A DNA stretch of 32,000 bases from Crocosphaera subtropica ATCC 51142 (GTDB lineage Bacteria; Cyanobacteriota; Cyanobacteriia; Cyanobacteriales; Microcystaceae), in assembly GCF_000017845.1 (NCBI RefSeq), contig NC_010546.1, forward strand, positions 4,590,001 through 4,622,000. The letters are read 5' to 3'. Below are positions 8,662 to 17,544 of the stretch, in pieces. The notes beneath the pieces were generated by a model that was not told the DNA's origin, made no database searches, and was given only the letters and a program-made list of their open reading frames with translations. The position numbers and the translations under genes were made by a program. The number at the start of each line of letters is the position of its first letter. Position 1 is the stretch's first letter.

Positions 8662-9894
8662 ATGTTGATTTATTCCACTAAAAACCGCGATCGCCCTTAC
8701 CATTTAACTTACTGTAGTAACATTCACCCCGGTGAAGACTGGGAAGATGTCTTTAAGAATTTACAAACTTATATCCCAAAACTGAAAAAAGAACTAGCTC
8801 CCGATGCACCTTTTGGCATTGGACTGCGTTTGGCTAATACAGCGAGTGAGGAACTGCTACGGGGAGATAACTTAGAGCAACTCAAGCATTGGTTAATGAT
8901 TGAAGACTGTTATGTTTTTACGTTAAACGGATTTCCTTACGGTGGCTTTCATCGTCAAGTGGTTAAAGATCACGTTTATCGTCCTGACTGGTCTGAAGGC
9001 GATCGCCTGACCTATACGGAGCGTTTGCTCAAAATACTTGCAGAATTGCTCCCAGAAGCCATAGATGGGGGCATTTCTACCGTACCTTTATCCTATAAAC
9101 CCTGGTGGCAGTCTAACCCCGATCACCTCCCAACGATTTTTGAGGGGAGTAGTTTTCATTTAGCCGAAATTGCTGCACAGATGGCTAAATTAGAAGAGGA
9201 AACAGGAAAGTTGCTACATTTGGATCTTGAACCCGAACCCGATGCCCTCCTAGAAAATACTGATGAAGCGATCGCTTTTTTTGAAAATTGGCTTTTACCG
9301 GTAGGGCAAGGATATCTTCAGCAAAAGTATGGGGTGACATCTACCCTGGCCGAGACATGGTTACGAAGACATATTCGAGTGTGTTATGATACCTGTCATT
9401 TTGCGGTGGAATATGAAGATCCGGCGATCGCCTTAGCTAAGTTCGAGAAGGCTGGTATTGCTATTGGTAAGTTTCAAATTAGTTCAGCCATTCGCATTCC
9501 TATTCCCCCAGAAAAAGCACAGCGACAAGTCTTAAAGCAACATCTAGAGCCGTTTGCTGAGTCTACCTATCTCCATCAGGTCATTGAAAAAGGGGCATCT
9601 GGAACCCTGAACCATTATCAGGATCTTCAGAATGCGCTCCTTGAGTTAATGAACACCTCTGCAACGGAATGGCGGACTCATTTCCATGTCCCTATTTTCA
9701 TCGATCGCTATCCTCCCTTTAATTCCACCCAAGATCATATTACTGACATTCTCCAACAGCTTGATCAAGCTCCCCAGTGCAACCACCTGGAAATTGAAAC
9801 CTACACCTGGGAAGTTTTGCCATCAGAGATGAAACTCGATATTTTTACCTCCATTAAACGGGAATATGAATGGATTTTAAACGCTTTATCCTAA
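8662..9894 (+). CDS. eboE: Xylose-isomerase-like TIM-barrel protein (EboE)
   Basis: A 410-aa ORF starting 6 nt after the eboD stop. The sequence type (YCSNIHPGE..., LDLEPEP..., CYDTCHFAVE) and its position match EboE. Confidence 0.8.
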   Translation: MLIYSTKNRDRPYHLTYCSNIHPGEDWEDVFKNLQTYIPKLKKELAPDAPFGIGLRLANTASEELLRGDNLEQLKHWLMIEDCYVFTLNGFPYGGFHRQVVKDHVYRPDWSEGDRLTYTERLLKILAELLPEAIDGGISTVPLSYKPWWQSNPDHLPTIFEGSSFHLAEIAAQMAKLEEETGKLLHLDLEPEPDALLENTDEAIAFFENWLLPVGQGYLQQKYGVTSTLAETWLRRHIRVCYDTCHFAVEYEDPAIALAKFEKAGIAIGKFQISSAIRIPIPPEKAQRQVLKQHLEPFAESTYLHQVIEKGASGTLNHYQDLQNALLELMNTSATEWRTHFHVPIFIDRYPPFNSTQDHITDILQQLDQAPQCNHLEIETYTWEVLPSEMKLDIFTSIKREYEWILNALS

Positions 9895-9918
9895 TAATAA
9901 AATTTTGGTTTACATAAG

Positions 9919-11313
9919 ATGAAAAGAACAGTTGTTATCAATGTGGTTGGTTTGAGTTCACGATTAATAGGGGAGCAAACCCCCAACCTCAAACGCTGGA
10001 TCAGTCAAGGACAGCTTGCTACCATTGAGCCGGTTCTCCCGGCCGTTACTTGTACCGCCCAAAGTACCTATTTAACGGGACAATGGCCGAACAAAACGGG
10101 TATTGTGGGCAATGGTTGGTACTTTCGGGATGAATGTGAAGTCAAGTTTTGGAGACAGTCTAATAAGCTGGTACAAGCTCCTAAAATTTGGGATGTAGCC
10201 CGAAAAATCGATCCCTCTTTTACCTGCGCTAATTTATTTTGGTGGTACAATATGCATTCTTCGGTGGACTATGGGGTAACGCCTCGCCCTATGTATCCGG
10301 CCGATGGGCGCAAAATTCCTGATATTTACACTCAACCGGCTGATTTTCGCCCCCAACTTCAGGCTGAACTCGGACAGTTTCCCCTGTTTAAATTTTGGGG
10401 GCCAGCAACGTCTATTGAGTCAAGTCAGTGGATTGCTGAATCAGCCAAATGGGTAGAAAATCGGGTGAGTCCTACGTTAACGCTTATTTATTTACCTCAC
10501 CTCGATTATTGTCTACAAAAAATGGGTTGTGATGTAAAGCAAGTGAGTCAAGATTTAAAAGAAATTGATGATCTATGTGGAGAATTAATCAATTTCTACG
10601 AAGAAAGAGGGGTTCAGGTGATTATTCTCTCTGAATATGGCATTACCTCTGTCAATCAACCCATTCACATTAACCGCATCTTGAGAGAAGCCGGACTATT
10701 ACAGGTTCGTGAGGAATTGGGGTTAGAACTGCTGGATGCTGGTGCAAGTCAAGCGTTTGCCGTGGCTGATCATCAACTGGCTCATGTCTATGTTAATGAA
10801 CCGACGATGCTACTTAGAGTGAAAGGTTTGTTAGAAGAGATAGACGGTATTGATTGGGTACTCGATGAGACGGGTAAGCAAAAATACCATCTTGATCATG
10901 AGCGTGCCGGGGAACTGGTAGCAGTGGCTAAACCGGAGGCATGGTTTACTTACTATTACTGGCTAGAGGATCAATACGCTCCCGATTTTGCTAGAACCGT
11001 TGATATTCATCGTAAACCGGGTTACGACCCCGTAGAATTATTTATTGATCCTAAAATTCCCATTCCTCAGGGCAAAATTGCCTTAAAGCTATTGCAGAAG
11101 AAATTAGGATTTCGCTATCTGATGGATGTGATTCCGTTAGATGCTAATTTGGTCAAGGGTTCTCACGGCCACCTCCCCCAGTCTCCTCAAGATTGTCCTG
11201 TGTTTATCACCCATCAGTCACACTTATTACAACAAGACACTATCAACTCAGTGGATGTATTCCAACTGATGCTTAAGCATCTGGGTAGGGAGATGATTGA
11301 AAGTCCCCTTTGA
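9919..11313 (+). CDS. eboF: Alkaline-phosphatase-superfamily nucleotide pyrophosphatase/phosphodiesterase (EboF)
   Basis: N-terminal VVINVVGLS...PAVTCTAQSTYLTGQWPNKTGIVGNGWY (catalytic Thr region of the type I phosphodiesterase/NPP family), and later YLPHLDY and GSHG metal-ligand motifs. Confidence 0.85.
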   Translation: MKRTVVINVVGLSSRLIGEQTPNLKRWISQGQLATIEPVLPAVTCTAQSTYLTGQWPNKTGIVGNGWYFRDECEVKFWRQSNKLVQAPKIWDVARKIDPSFTCANLFWWYNMHSSVDYGVTPRPMYPADGRKIPDIYTQPADFRPQLQAELGQFPLFKFWGPATSIESSQWIAESAKWVENRVSPTLTLIYLPHLDYCLQKMGCDVKQVSQDLKEIDDLCGELINFYEERGVQVIILSEYGITSVNQPIHINRILREAGLLQVREELGLELLDAGASQAFAVADHQLAHVYVNEPTMLLRVKGLLEEIDGIDWVLDETGKQKYHLDHERAGELVAVAKPEAWFTYYYWLEDQYAPDFARTVDIHRKPGYDPVELFIDPKIPIPQGKIALKLLQKKLGFRYLMDVIPLDANLVKGSHGHLPQSPQDCPVFITHQSHLLQQDTINSVDVFQLMLKHLGREMIESPL

Positions 11314-11364
11314 CAAACGCCCCAATTTTCTTTACTCCGAACCCCTAACACCCAACTCAGGTTG

Positions 11365-11784
11365 TTACACTTCCCAGAAGTCAAATGCACCGTCTGGCAA
11401 TTGGGCAAGCACTCGATCAAAGGCTTCCTCATCTACATATCGTCTCAGGACAGTAGCGACATCTCTAATTGCTGTTTCAGTAGAAAAATTATGTTCCCGC
11501 CGTAATGATTTTACTTCCTTCGTCATCTCTTCACGAGTTTCAAAAGGCTTTTGAGGCTCATTCGTGTTCCAGTCCGTGACAAAAAGTGCCTTCAAACAAA
11601 TCGGCAATACATTGGCAAAAGCGATGGCATCTTCTGTCGAAAGCCTACGCCGAAATGTCTGAAAGACCCCTTGGGTCATTGTATAAGTAACGTGTGTACT
11701 CCAGAGTCCTGCTGTGTCCCGTGCATCTATCAAATAGCGATAGAAGTCATCTGAAGCACGCTGGTATTCTACGGGGACTGGCAT
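11365..11784 (-). CDS. DUF2267-like protein (tentative family)
   Basis: A 139-aa soluble ORF convergent with eboF. It has two helical half-repeats, each ending in an LP-containing segment (ANVLPICL, LAQLPDGAFDFW), as in DUF2267. Confidence 0.5.
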   Translation of the reverse strand: MPVPVEYQRASDDFYRYLIDARDTAGLWSTHVTYTMTQGVFQTFRRRLSTEDAIAFANVLPICLKALFVTDWNTNEPQKPFETREEMTKEVKSLRREHNFSTETAIRDVATVLRRYVDEEAFDRVLAQLPDGAFDFWEV

Positions 11785-11957
11785 AATAAACTCTTCTGTT
11801 TTACGTTTGATTTACTCTTGCATAATCCGTTAAATCAATGGTAGAAATTAGGTTGATTAGGGAGATGGGCAGCATTTGCTATCCATCTCTTCCCAAGAGA
11901 CTTGTTTACCCGTTAAGCGAACAAATGTTCACTTCAGGTGTGTACTTTGGAGAAAAT

Positions 11958-12923
11958 TTAGTTCGAGTGTTGACGACGACGTAGACTGTTGCCCAAGAAG
12001 AACAATGCTGCGATCGCTATTAAACCAACCGTGGTGGATGATTCAGGAACGGATACCCTCGTAATGGTCACACGAGCAATGCCATTGGGATAAAGATTCG
12101 CATCATTAAAGTCTAAATTAGCAAAATCTATCTCAAAATTAGCGGGTCTATTGAGGAAATTGGCAAAAGGATCGTTAACAGTGGTGTTCACTCCATTTTC
12201 GTCCGCTCCTTGGTTGCCTCCGGTTTGTCCCCCAGGAATTCCAAATAACCCATTACCAGCAGAGGTATCAAAATCATTGATTTCGGTTCCTGCGTCGTCC
12301 ACAGTTCCAGGAAGTCCGATTTCAAAGGAAATTGAGGTTTCTTCTCCTGTCAATAACGTGGTTAAACTATGGGCTAAAGGATTACCATTAGCAACATAAT
12401 AATCACTGGTAGGAAGAACCATCGATACATAAGAAAAATAACGATTAGAATCATCGGGGGTTATTTTAAATAGATTCATAACCGATGTTCCTGGTGCAAT
12501 AGGACTTCCCCCAATCGAACCATCCACACGAGTTCCCACTTGATTCGATACGAAAATGCCACTGATATCATCACTAGGATCACCAGGAGTGCCATTGTCA
12601 TCGATATAGGTTAAATTATTGAGAAAGTCTTGGGATATAGTGGTAGCATCACCATCTTCGGCAATTTGCTCTAAACCTCGCTGCGACGATAGTCCCCCGT
12701 TATAACTATCAAAACTACCATCATGAAATCCCACCCACACAGGGGTCAGTGCAACACCCCCCAAAGGACTAAGGTTTTCGACTTCAACCTTCAGGGTCAA
12801 TGCTTGAGTAGCTGATGCTGTGGTAGCAACCGAACCAAGGGTTAAAACGGTTAACAATGCTTTGCTATTTTTGAATAAGTTCATCATGGCAGAATTCACC
12901 ATTGAGTTGATAATCTTCCCCAT
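11958..12923 (-). CDS. Secreted spondin-N-like domain protein with a PEP-CTERM-type anchor
   Basis: Signal peptide; the true start may be one of the Met residues at positions 8, 13 or 14 of the ORF. VEVENLSP.GGVALTPVWVGFHDGSFD resembles bacterial spondin-domain proteins. The C-terminus VPESSTTVGLIAIAALFFLGNSLRRRQ is a PEP-variant motif, a TM helix and an Arg cluster. Confidence 0.65.
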   Translation of the reverse strand: MGKIINSMVNSAMMNLFKNSKALLTVLTLGSVATTASATQALTLKVEVENLSPLGGVALTPVWVGFHDGSFDSYNGGLSSQRGLEQIAEDGDATTISQDFLNNLTYIDDNGTPGDPSDDISGIFVSNQVGTRVDGSIGGSPIAPGTSVMNLFKITPDDSNRYFSYVSMVLPTSDYYVANGNPLAHSLTTLLTGEETSISFEIGLPGTVDDAGTEINDFDTSAGNGLFGIPGGQTGGNQGADENGVNTTVNDPFANFLNRPANFEIDFANLDFNDANLYPNGIARVTITRVSVPESSTTVGLIAIAALFFLGNSLRRRQHSN

Positions 12924-12987
12924 AAGTTAGAGAGACTATCTGAGAACTGCCTGAGAAAATACTAAAAGTTTTCTCATCTCAATTTTA

Positions 12988-14799
12988 TTAATGGTTAACC
13001 TTCCCTTGTTCTACCCAATTGTGTAAGGTTTCTACTAGATTTTTGACCTCAATTTCTTGAGATTCTTTGCTTTTTCTAGTGACAACTTCAACTTTACCTG
13101 ATTTTAACGATCGCCCTGTCACCACCCGATAAGGAATGCCGATTAAATCGGCATCTTTAAACTTAACTCCTGCTCGTTCATCCCGATCATCTAATAGGGT
13201 TTCCACTCCCATTTTATTCAATTTGTCGTAGAGATTTTGGGCGACTTCTATTTGATTTTGATCGTTAATATTCGGCACAATAATAATCACCTGATAAGGA
13301 GCGATGGCAACAGGCCAAATAATACCATCTTTATCATAGGATTGTTCGACGGCAGCCTGTGCCAAACGGGAAACACCCACGCCATAACATCCCATGACAA
13401 TGGGTTTTTCTTCGCCATTTTCATCGGTAAAGGTGGCTCCCATTGCCTCAGAATATTTAGTACCTAATTGGAAAATATGACCCACTTCAATGCCTCTAGC
13501 ACTGGCTAAAGTTTGACTGGTATCATGAACAGCGCGATCGCCGATCATGGCGGTTCTAATATCACAAATTAATTGAGGTAATTTAAAGTCTTTGTTCCAG
13601 CTTGCTCCTACTATGTGATAACCGGTTTCATCGGCTCCTGTGACGAAGTTTTCTAAATCAACGGCGGTTTTATCAACGATTCTTAAAAACTTCCCTTCTA
13701 TGTATTCTCCAGAGGCAATATAATCATCTTCTAAGTTAGGGGAAATATAACCGACGGGTAAGGATTTCTTTGCCCATTTTTTCTGGGCGTTTTCATCGGG
13801 AACGGTTAAAGCTAATAAGGTACTTGCTTGGTAGTTTGAAGCAAGTTTAACTAATTCGTTATTTAATTTAACTTCATTAATTTCTTGATCCCCTCGAATA
13901 CTCACTAAAACTAACACTGTTTTTGCGTTGTCATAAACAGCTTCATAGAGAACATTTTTAACGATATTTGTGGGAGAACATTCTAAAAATTGACACAGTT
14001 TTTCGATGGTATTACAATCGGGGGTTTCTTTTTTCTCATAAGTCGTAAAAGGAGATGTTTTGACATCTTTGGGAAGAGAAACAGCCTTTTCAACATTAGC
14101 GGCATATTTACCATCTTCTGTGTATAACACCTCATCTTCTCCTGCTTCTGCTAGAATCATAAATTCTTGAGATGCTGATCCCCCAATGGCTCCAGAATCG
14201 GCTTCTACGGCTCTATAAGCTAATCCGCAACGGCTAATAATATTACGATAAGCTTGATCCATTGCATCGTAACTTCTTTGTAAACTAGCTTCATCTTCGT
14301 TAAAAGAATAGGCATCTTTCATGATAAATTCTCGTCCTCGCATTAAGCCAAATCGAGGGCGAATTTCATCCCTAAATTTTGTTTGAATTTGATACAAATT
14401 AACCGGTAATTGTCGATAGGAACGGATCATATCTTTCGCCACTGTGGTAATCACTTCTTCATGGGTGGGTCCTAACCCTAATTCCCTGTCTTGGCGATCG
14501 ATTAAGGAAAACATAATGCCTTCTGCTTTGGTATAGGTTTCCCATCGTCCCGACTCTTTCCACAACTCCGATGGTTGCAACTGAGGTAAGAGACATTCTT
14601 GGGCCCCGGCTGCGTTCATTTCTTCTCGTACTATTTGAGAAACTTTTTGTAATACACGCCACATCAGAGGTAAATAGGCATAAATACCGCTACCAATCCG
14701 ACGAATATAACCTGCTCGTAACAGCAGTTTATGACTAGGGATTTCTGCTTCGGCAGGATCTTCCCGTAGGGTGACAAAGAGCATCTGAGACAGTCGCAT
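12988..14799 (-). CDS. proS: Prolyl-tRNA synthetase (bacterial type with editing insertion)
   Basis: [34 protein letters not shown]... is the canonical ProRS N-terminus, and class II motifs follow ([27 protein letters not shown]). The ATG at 14799 is preferred over the track's extended start at 14859. Confidence 0.95.
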   Translation of the reverse strand: MRLSQMLFVTLREDPAEAEIPSHKLLLRAGYIRRIGSGIYAYLPLMWRVLQKVSQIVREEMNAAGAQECLLPQLQPSELWKESGRWETYTKAEGIMFSLIDRQDRELGLGPTHEEVITTVAKDMIRSYRQLPVNLYQIQTKFRDEIRPRFGLMRGREFIMKDAYSFNEDEASLQRSYDAMDQAYRNIISRCGLAYRAVEADSGAIGGSASQEFMILAEAGEDEVLYTEDGKYAANVEKAVSLPKDVKTSPFTTYEKKETPDCNTIEKLCQFLECSPTNIVKNVLYEAVYDNAKTVLVLVSIRGDQEINEVKLNNELVKLASNYQASTLLALTVPDENAQKKWAKKSLPVGYISPNLEDDYIASGEYIEGKFLRIVDKTAVDLENFVTGADETGYHIVGASWNKDFKLPQLICDIRTAMIGDRAVHDTSQTLASARGIEVGHIFQLGTKYSEAMGATFTDENGEEKPIVMGCYGVGVSRLAQAAVEQSYDKDGIIWPVAIAPYQVIIIVPNINDQNQIEVAQNLYDKLNKMGVETLLDDRDERAGVKFKDADLIGIPYRVVTGRSLKSGKVEVVTRKSKESQEIEVKNLVETLHNWVEQGKVNH

Positions 14800-15171
14800 T
14801 CGGGGTTTCCTCGCAATTACCGAATAGATATTATCGCATTTTTTGGGTGTTTTTACCAAGTTGTTAAGAATTATATCCTAACCATGATTAATTATTCAGT
14901 AAAAACCCTGATCTTTTTTAAAAATTATATAAAGTCAACTCTGATTTTTATGAAGATATTATAAAATTAATTTTCCTTAAAAAATAATTGGACAACTTGA
15001 AATAATATGCGTATAATTATGGACAATGAACAATAAAAAAGAACTGGCATCAGTATTTTTTCGTCTTTTTAAATAATGCTGGCTTTATTATCAATTTTGT
15101 TGTCTTTTTAGAGAAATGATTGATAATTCACTATCTTTTCTTTGTATGGATTTTATGTTGAGGATTAACTT

Positions 15172-15735
15172 ATGAGTGCTTCTTTAGACAGTAGGGCTAA
15201 AATTCATGTTAATATCATGGAATTATTAGTTCAAGAAGAGATCGAAAAACAACTAAAATTGTATCCAAAAAACCTCAAAAATTATATTAATAAGGTTGAA
15301 GTTGCTACCTATGCTCTCAATCGTTTACCGCCCCTATATGCTTCTAGTGCTATGGGAAAAGAGTATCAAAAGCGTACAGGGAAGAAACAATATCAATCTC
15401 AAATAAATTTAGCAGTTCGTCGGGCTTTAGCTGCTATTGAAAGAGATCCCATCAAACAATCAGTTCCTATTGTTTTAGATAGTTCTACTGAGTATGAATT
15501 AGCAAAAGTTGCTTTAAATAAATTAGAAGAGTTCTTACAAATACAAGGAATTATTGCTAATTATCAAAAGCTTTCTTGGAATAATTTAAACCGTATTCTC
15601 TATCCATTAATTATCAAAGCTAAGCAACAACAAAAGAAAAGAGAAAATGTAGAATTTGAAGCATTAACCTATGGTTCAAAAAAGCTAAACCAGGAATTAT
15701 CTGAGAATTCTAATTCGTTTCAATTTTGGAAGTAA
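15172..15735 (+). CDS. ComFB-family (late competence development domain) protein
   Basis: NIMELLVQEEIEKQL...VEVATYALNRLPPLYASSAMGKEY matches the ComFB domain signature, followed by a C-terminal extension of about 90 aa. Confidence 0.75.
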   Translation: MSASLDSRAKIHVNIMELLVQEEIEKQLKLYPKNLKNYINKVEVATYALNRLPPLYASSAMGKEYQKRTGKKQYQSQINLAVRRALAAIERDPIKQSVPIVLDSSTEYELAKVALNKLEEFLQIQGIIANYQKLSWNNLNRILYPLIIKAKQQQKKRENVEFEALTYGSKKLNQELSENSNSFQFWK

Positions 15736-15924
15736 AAGGAATAAATAATTTTGAATATTAGTCTAGGTAGAGCAAGAAGAAATTAATTTTTAAATTATAT
15801 CTTCTTCCTACCAATTAACGCTCTAACTAATGATTCTCAAGATTTTCTTAAGTTGATAGGGTAAAAAAAATGTTAATGTTGAAACTGTAGATCGCTATAG
15901 AAATGAAGAGGATTCAATAATCAA

Positions 15925-16200
15925 GTGTTATCATTAACCGTACCCTTCATTGAGTTTATACAATCCCTGATTGTTCCTTTCTGTTTCATAATAGCTTGGG
16001 TGTTTATTGTCATGTTGGGAAGTAGTGTAATCGGAATCATTGTTGATGTTATAAAAAGATCCAAAAAAATGCACGAGATTCCTTGTAGTCACTGCCAATA
16101 TTTTACCAATGATTATCATTTAAAATGTCCAGTTAATCCTTTTCAAGCCAATACAGAAGAAGCGATTAATTGTAAAGATTATCAAATGCGAGAATATTAA
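15925..16200 (+). CDS. Small membrane protein with a Cys-rich C-terminal tail
   Basis: GTG start. One or two TM helices are followed by CSHCQYF...KCP...C. The stop lies 2 nt before the tyrA ATG, which suggests translational coupling. Confidence 0.5.
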   Translation: MLSLTVPFIEFIQSLIVPFCFIIAWVFIVMLGSSVIGIIVDVIKRSKKMHEIPCSHCQYFTNDYHLKCPVNPFQANTEEAINCKDYQMREY

Positions 16201-16202
16201 AC

Positions 16203-17057
16203 ATGAAAATAGGCATTATTGGGTTAGGATTAATCGGGGGTTCCCTAGGGTTTGATTTACGCAATTGCGGACATATTATTTATGGAGTTTCTCGTAAAGA
16301 AAGTACCTGCCAACGAGCCATAGAAAGGGAAGTAGTTGATCATGCAAGTATTAATATTAATTCTCTATCCACTGTAGACCTAATTTTTATTTGTACTCCC
16401 ATTACTTTAATTTCTTCAACTTTAAAACAGTTAACTTCCAATTTAAGACCAGAAGTGATTATTACTGATGTGGGATCGGTAAAAACAGCTATTGTCAAAG
16501 AATGTGAGCCATTATGGTCTAATTTTGTCGGAGGACATCCCATGGCAGGAACTGCGGAACAAGGTATAGAAGCAGCGCAAAAAAACTTATTTAAAGCTGC
16601 GCCTTATGTCATTACTCCCACAGAAAACACCCCAAAAAATAGCATCAAAATTTTAGAACAGTTAGCTCAGTCTTTAGGATCAAAGGTTTATACTTGTTCC
16701 CCAGAAATTCATGACCAAGCAGTGGCTTGGATTTCCCATTTACCTGTCATGGTTAGTGCTAGTTTAATCGCTGCTTGTGTGGGTGAAAAAGAGAAAACCG
16801 TGTTAAACTTAGCCCAACAATTAGCCAGTTCTGGGTTCAAAGATACCAGTCGTGTCGGCGGAGGAAACCCCGAATTAGGGTTAATGATGGCTCAATACAA
16901 TAAAACTGGCTTATTGCACAGTTTGCAGGGTTATCGTCAGCAACTCGATGAGGTTATTGAATACATTAATAGAGAAGAATGGGACTCCCTAGAACAATTA
17001 TTGATGATGACACAAAAAAAGCGACCGCCGTTTATTGGAGGGCAAAAAAATTCTTAG
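16203..17057 (+). CDS. tyrA: Prephenate/arogenate dehydrogenase
   Basis: An N-terminal Rossmann motif IGIIGLGLIGGS, then GSVK and GGHPMAG motifs typical of TyrA-family dehydrogenases. Cyanobacterial enzymes are usually arogenate-specific. Confidence 0.9.
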   Translation: MKIGIIGLGLIGGSLGFDLRNCGHIIYGVSRKESTCQRAIEREVVDHASININSLSTVDLIFICTPITLISSTLKQLTSNLRPEVIITDVGSVKTAIVKECEPLWSNFVGGHPMAGTAEQGIEAAQKNLFKAAPYVITPTENTPKNSIKILEQLAQSLGSKVYTCSPEIHDQAVAWISHLPVMVSASLIAACVGEKEKTVLNLAQQLASSGFKDTSRVGGGNPELGLMMAQYNKTGLLHSLQGYRQQLDEVIEYINREEWDSLEQLLMMTQKKRPPFIGGQKNS

Positions 17058-17123
17058 GTTTTTCAGCAAAAATACTTAAGTGCGTATATAATCGGATAAA
17101 TTTTAGAGAAAATTGTACTCTTA

Positions 17124-17360
17124 ATGAATAACAAAACCAGTATTAACCTTACCCAAAAGATTTTTGTCAATATTAGCTTAATTTTGTTAGGAATTTCTGC
17201 TAATGCTACCTTTTTCTCCCTGATGGTAACATTTCTCTTAGGAACAGTAATTTTAAGCTGGTTGCACGATCAAAAAGATAAATTTAGCTTAAATACAACA
17301 AAAATCAACAAAAAATCTGAAAAAATTGTCACTTCTTCGGTGATCAATCATAATAAGTAA
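17124..17360 (+). CDS. Hypothetical small membrane protein (weak)
   Basis: A 78-aa AT-rich ORF with two hydrophobic stretches and no recognisable family. It could be spurious. Confidence 0.3.
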   Translation: MNNKTSINLTQKIFVNISLILLGISANATFFSLMVTFLLGTVILSWLHDQKDKFSLNTTKINKKSEKIVTSSVINHNK

Positions 17361-17452
17361 TCTGATTTCCCTATAAGCTGCAATTCTGATCAAGCTATTA
17401 AGCTCAAACATTATTCTCTTAACCCCGAACCTTGTGCTGAACGAACTCACTT

Positions 17453-17516
17453 TCAGTAATAACCCTGTTCTCTGCGATACAATACCCCTAGGGTTGTGCT
17501 AGTCAGTAATAACCCT
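17453..17516 (+). repeat. Direct repeat tcagtaataaccct x2, 50 bp apart, upstream of the HerA-like gene
   Basis: Identical 14-mers at 17453..17466 and 17503..17516. Each is preceded by ttgtgct, and the 8-bp palindrome ccctaggg lies between them. Confidence 0.6.
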
Positions 17517-17544
17517 ATATGTAGTGTATCAGTTACTCTTAACG

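Noticed and set aside
3750-12950. The higher G+C content of the ebo block compared with flanking DNA as evidence of horizontal transfer.
   Set aside because: Spot counts show that conserved housekeeping genes (ilvB, the Get3d-like gene) are equally GC-rich, while proS is AT-rich. Composition varies gene by gene here and cannot support a horizontal-transfer call for ebo without a proper windowed codon-usage analysis.
15766-15812. An imperfect hairpin (ggtagagcaagaaga…tcttcttcctacc) after the ComFB-family gene as a terminator.
   Set aside because: The stem has internal mismatches, the loop is long and AT-rich, and no T-run follows. That is too weak to call.
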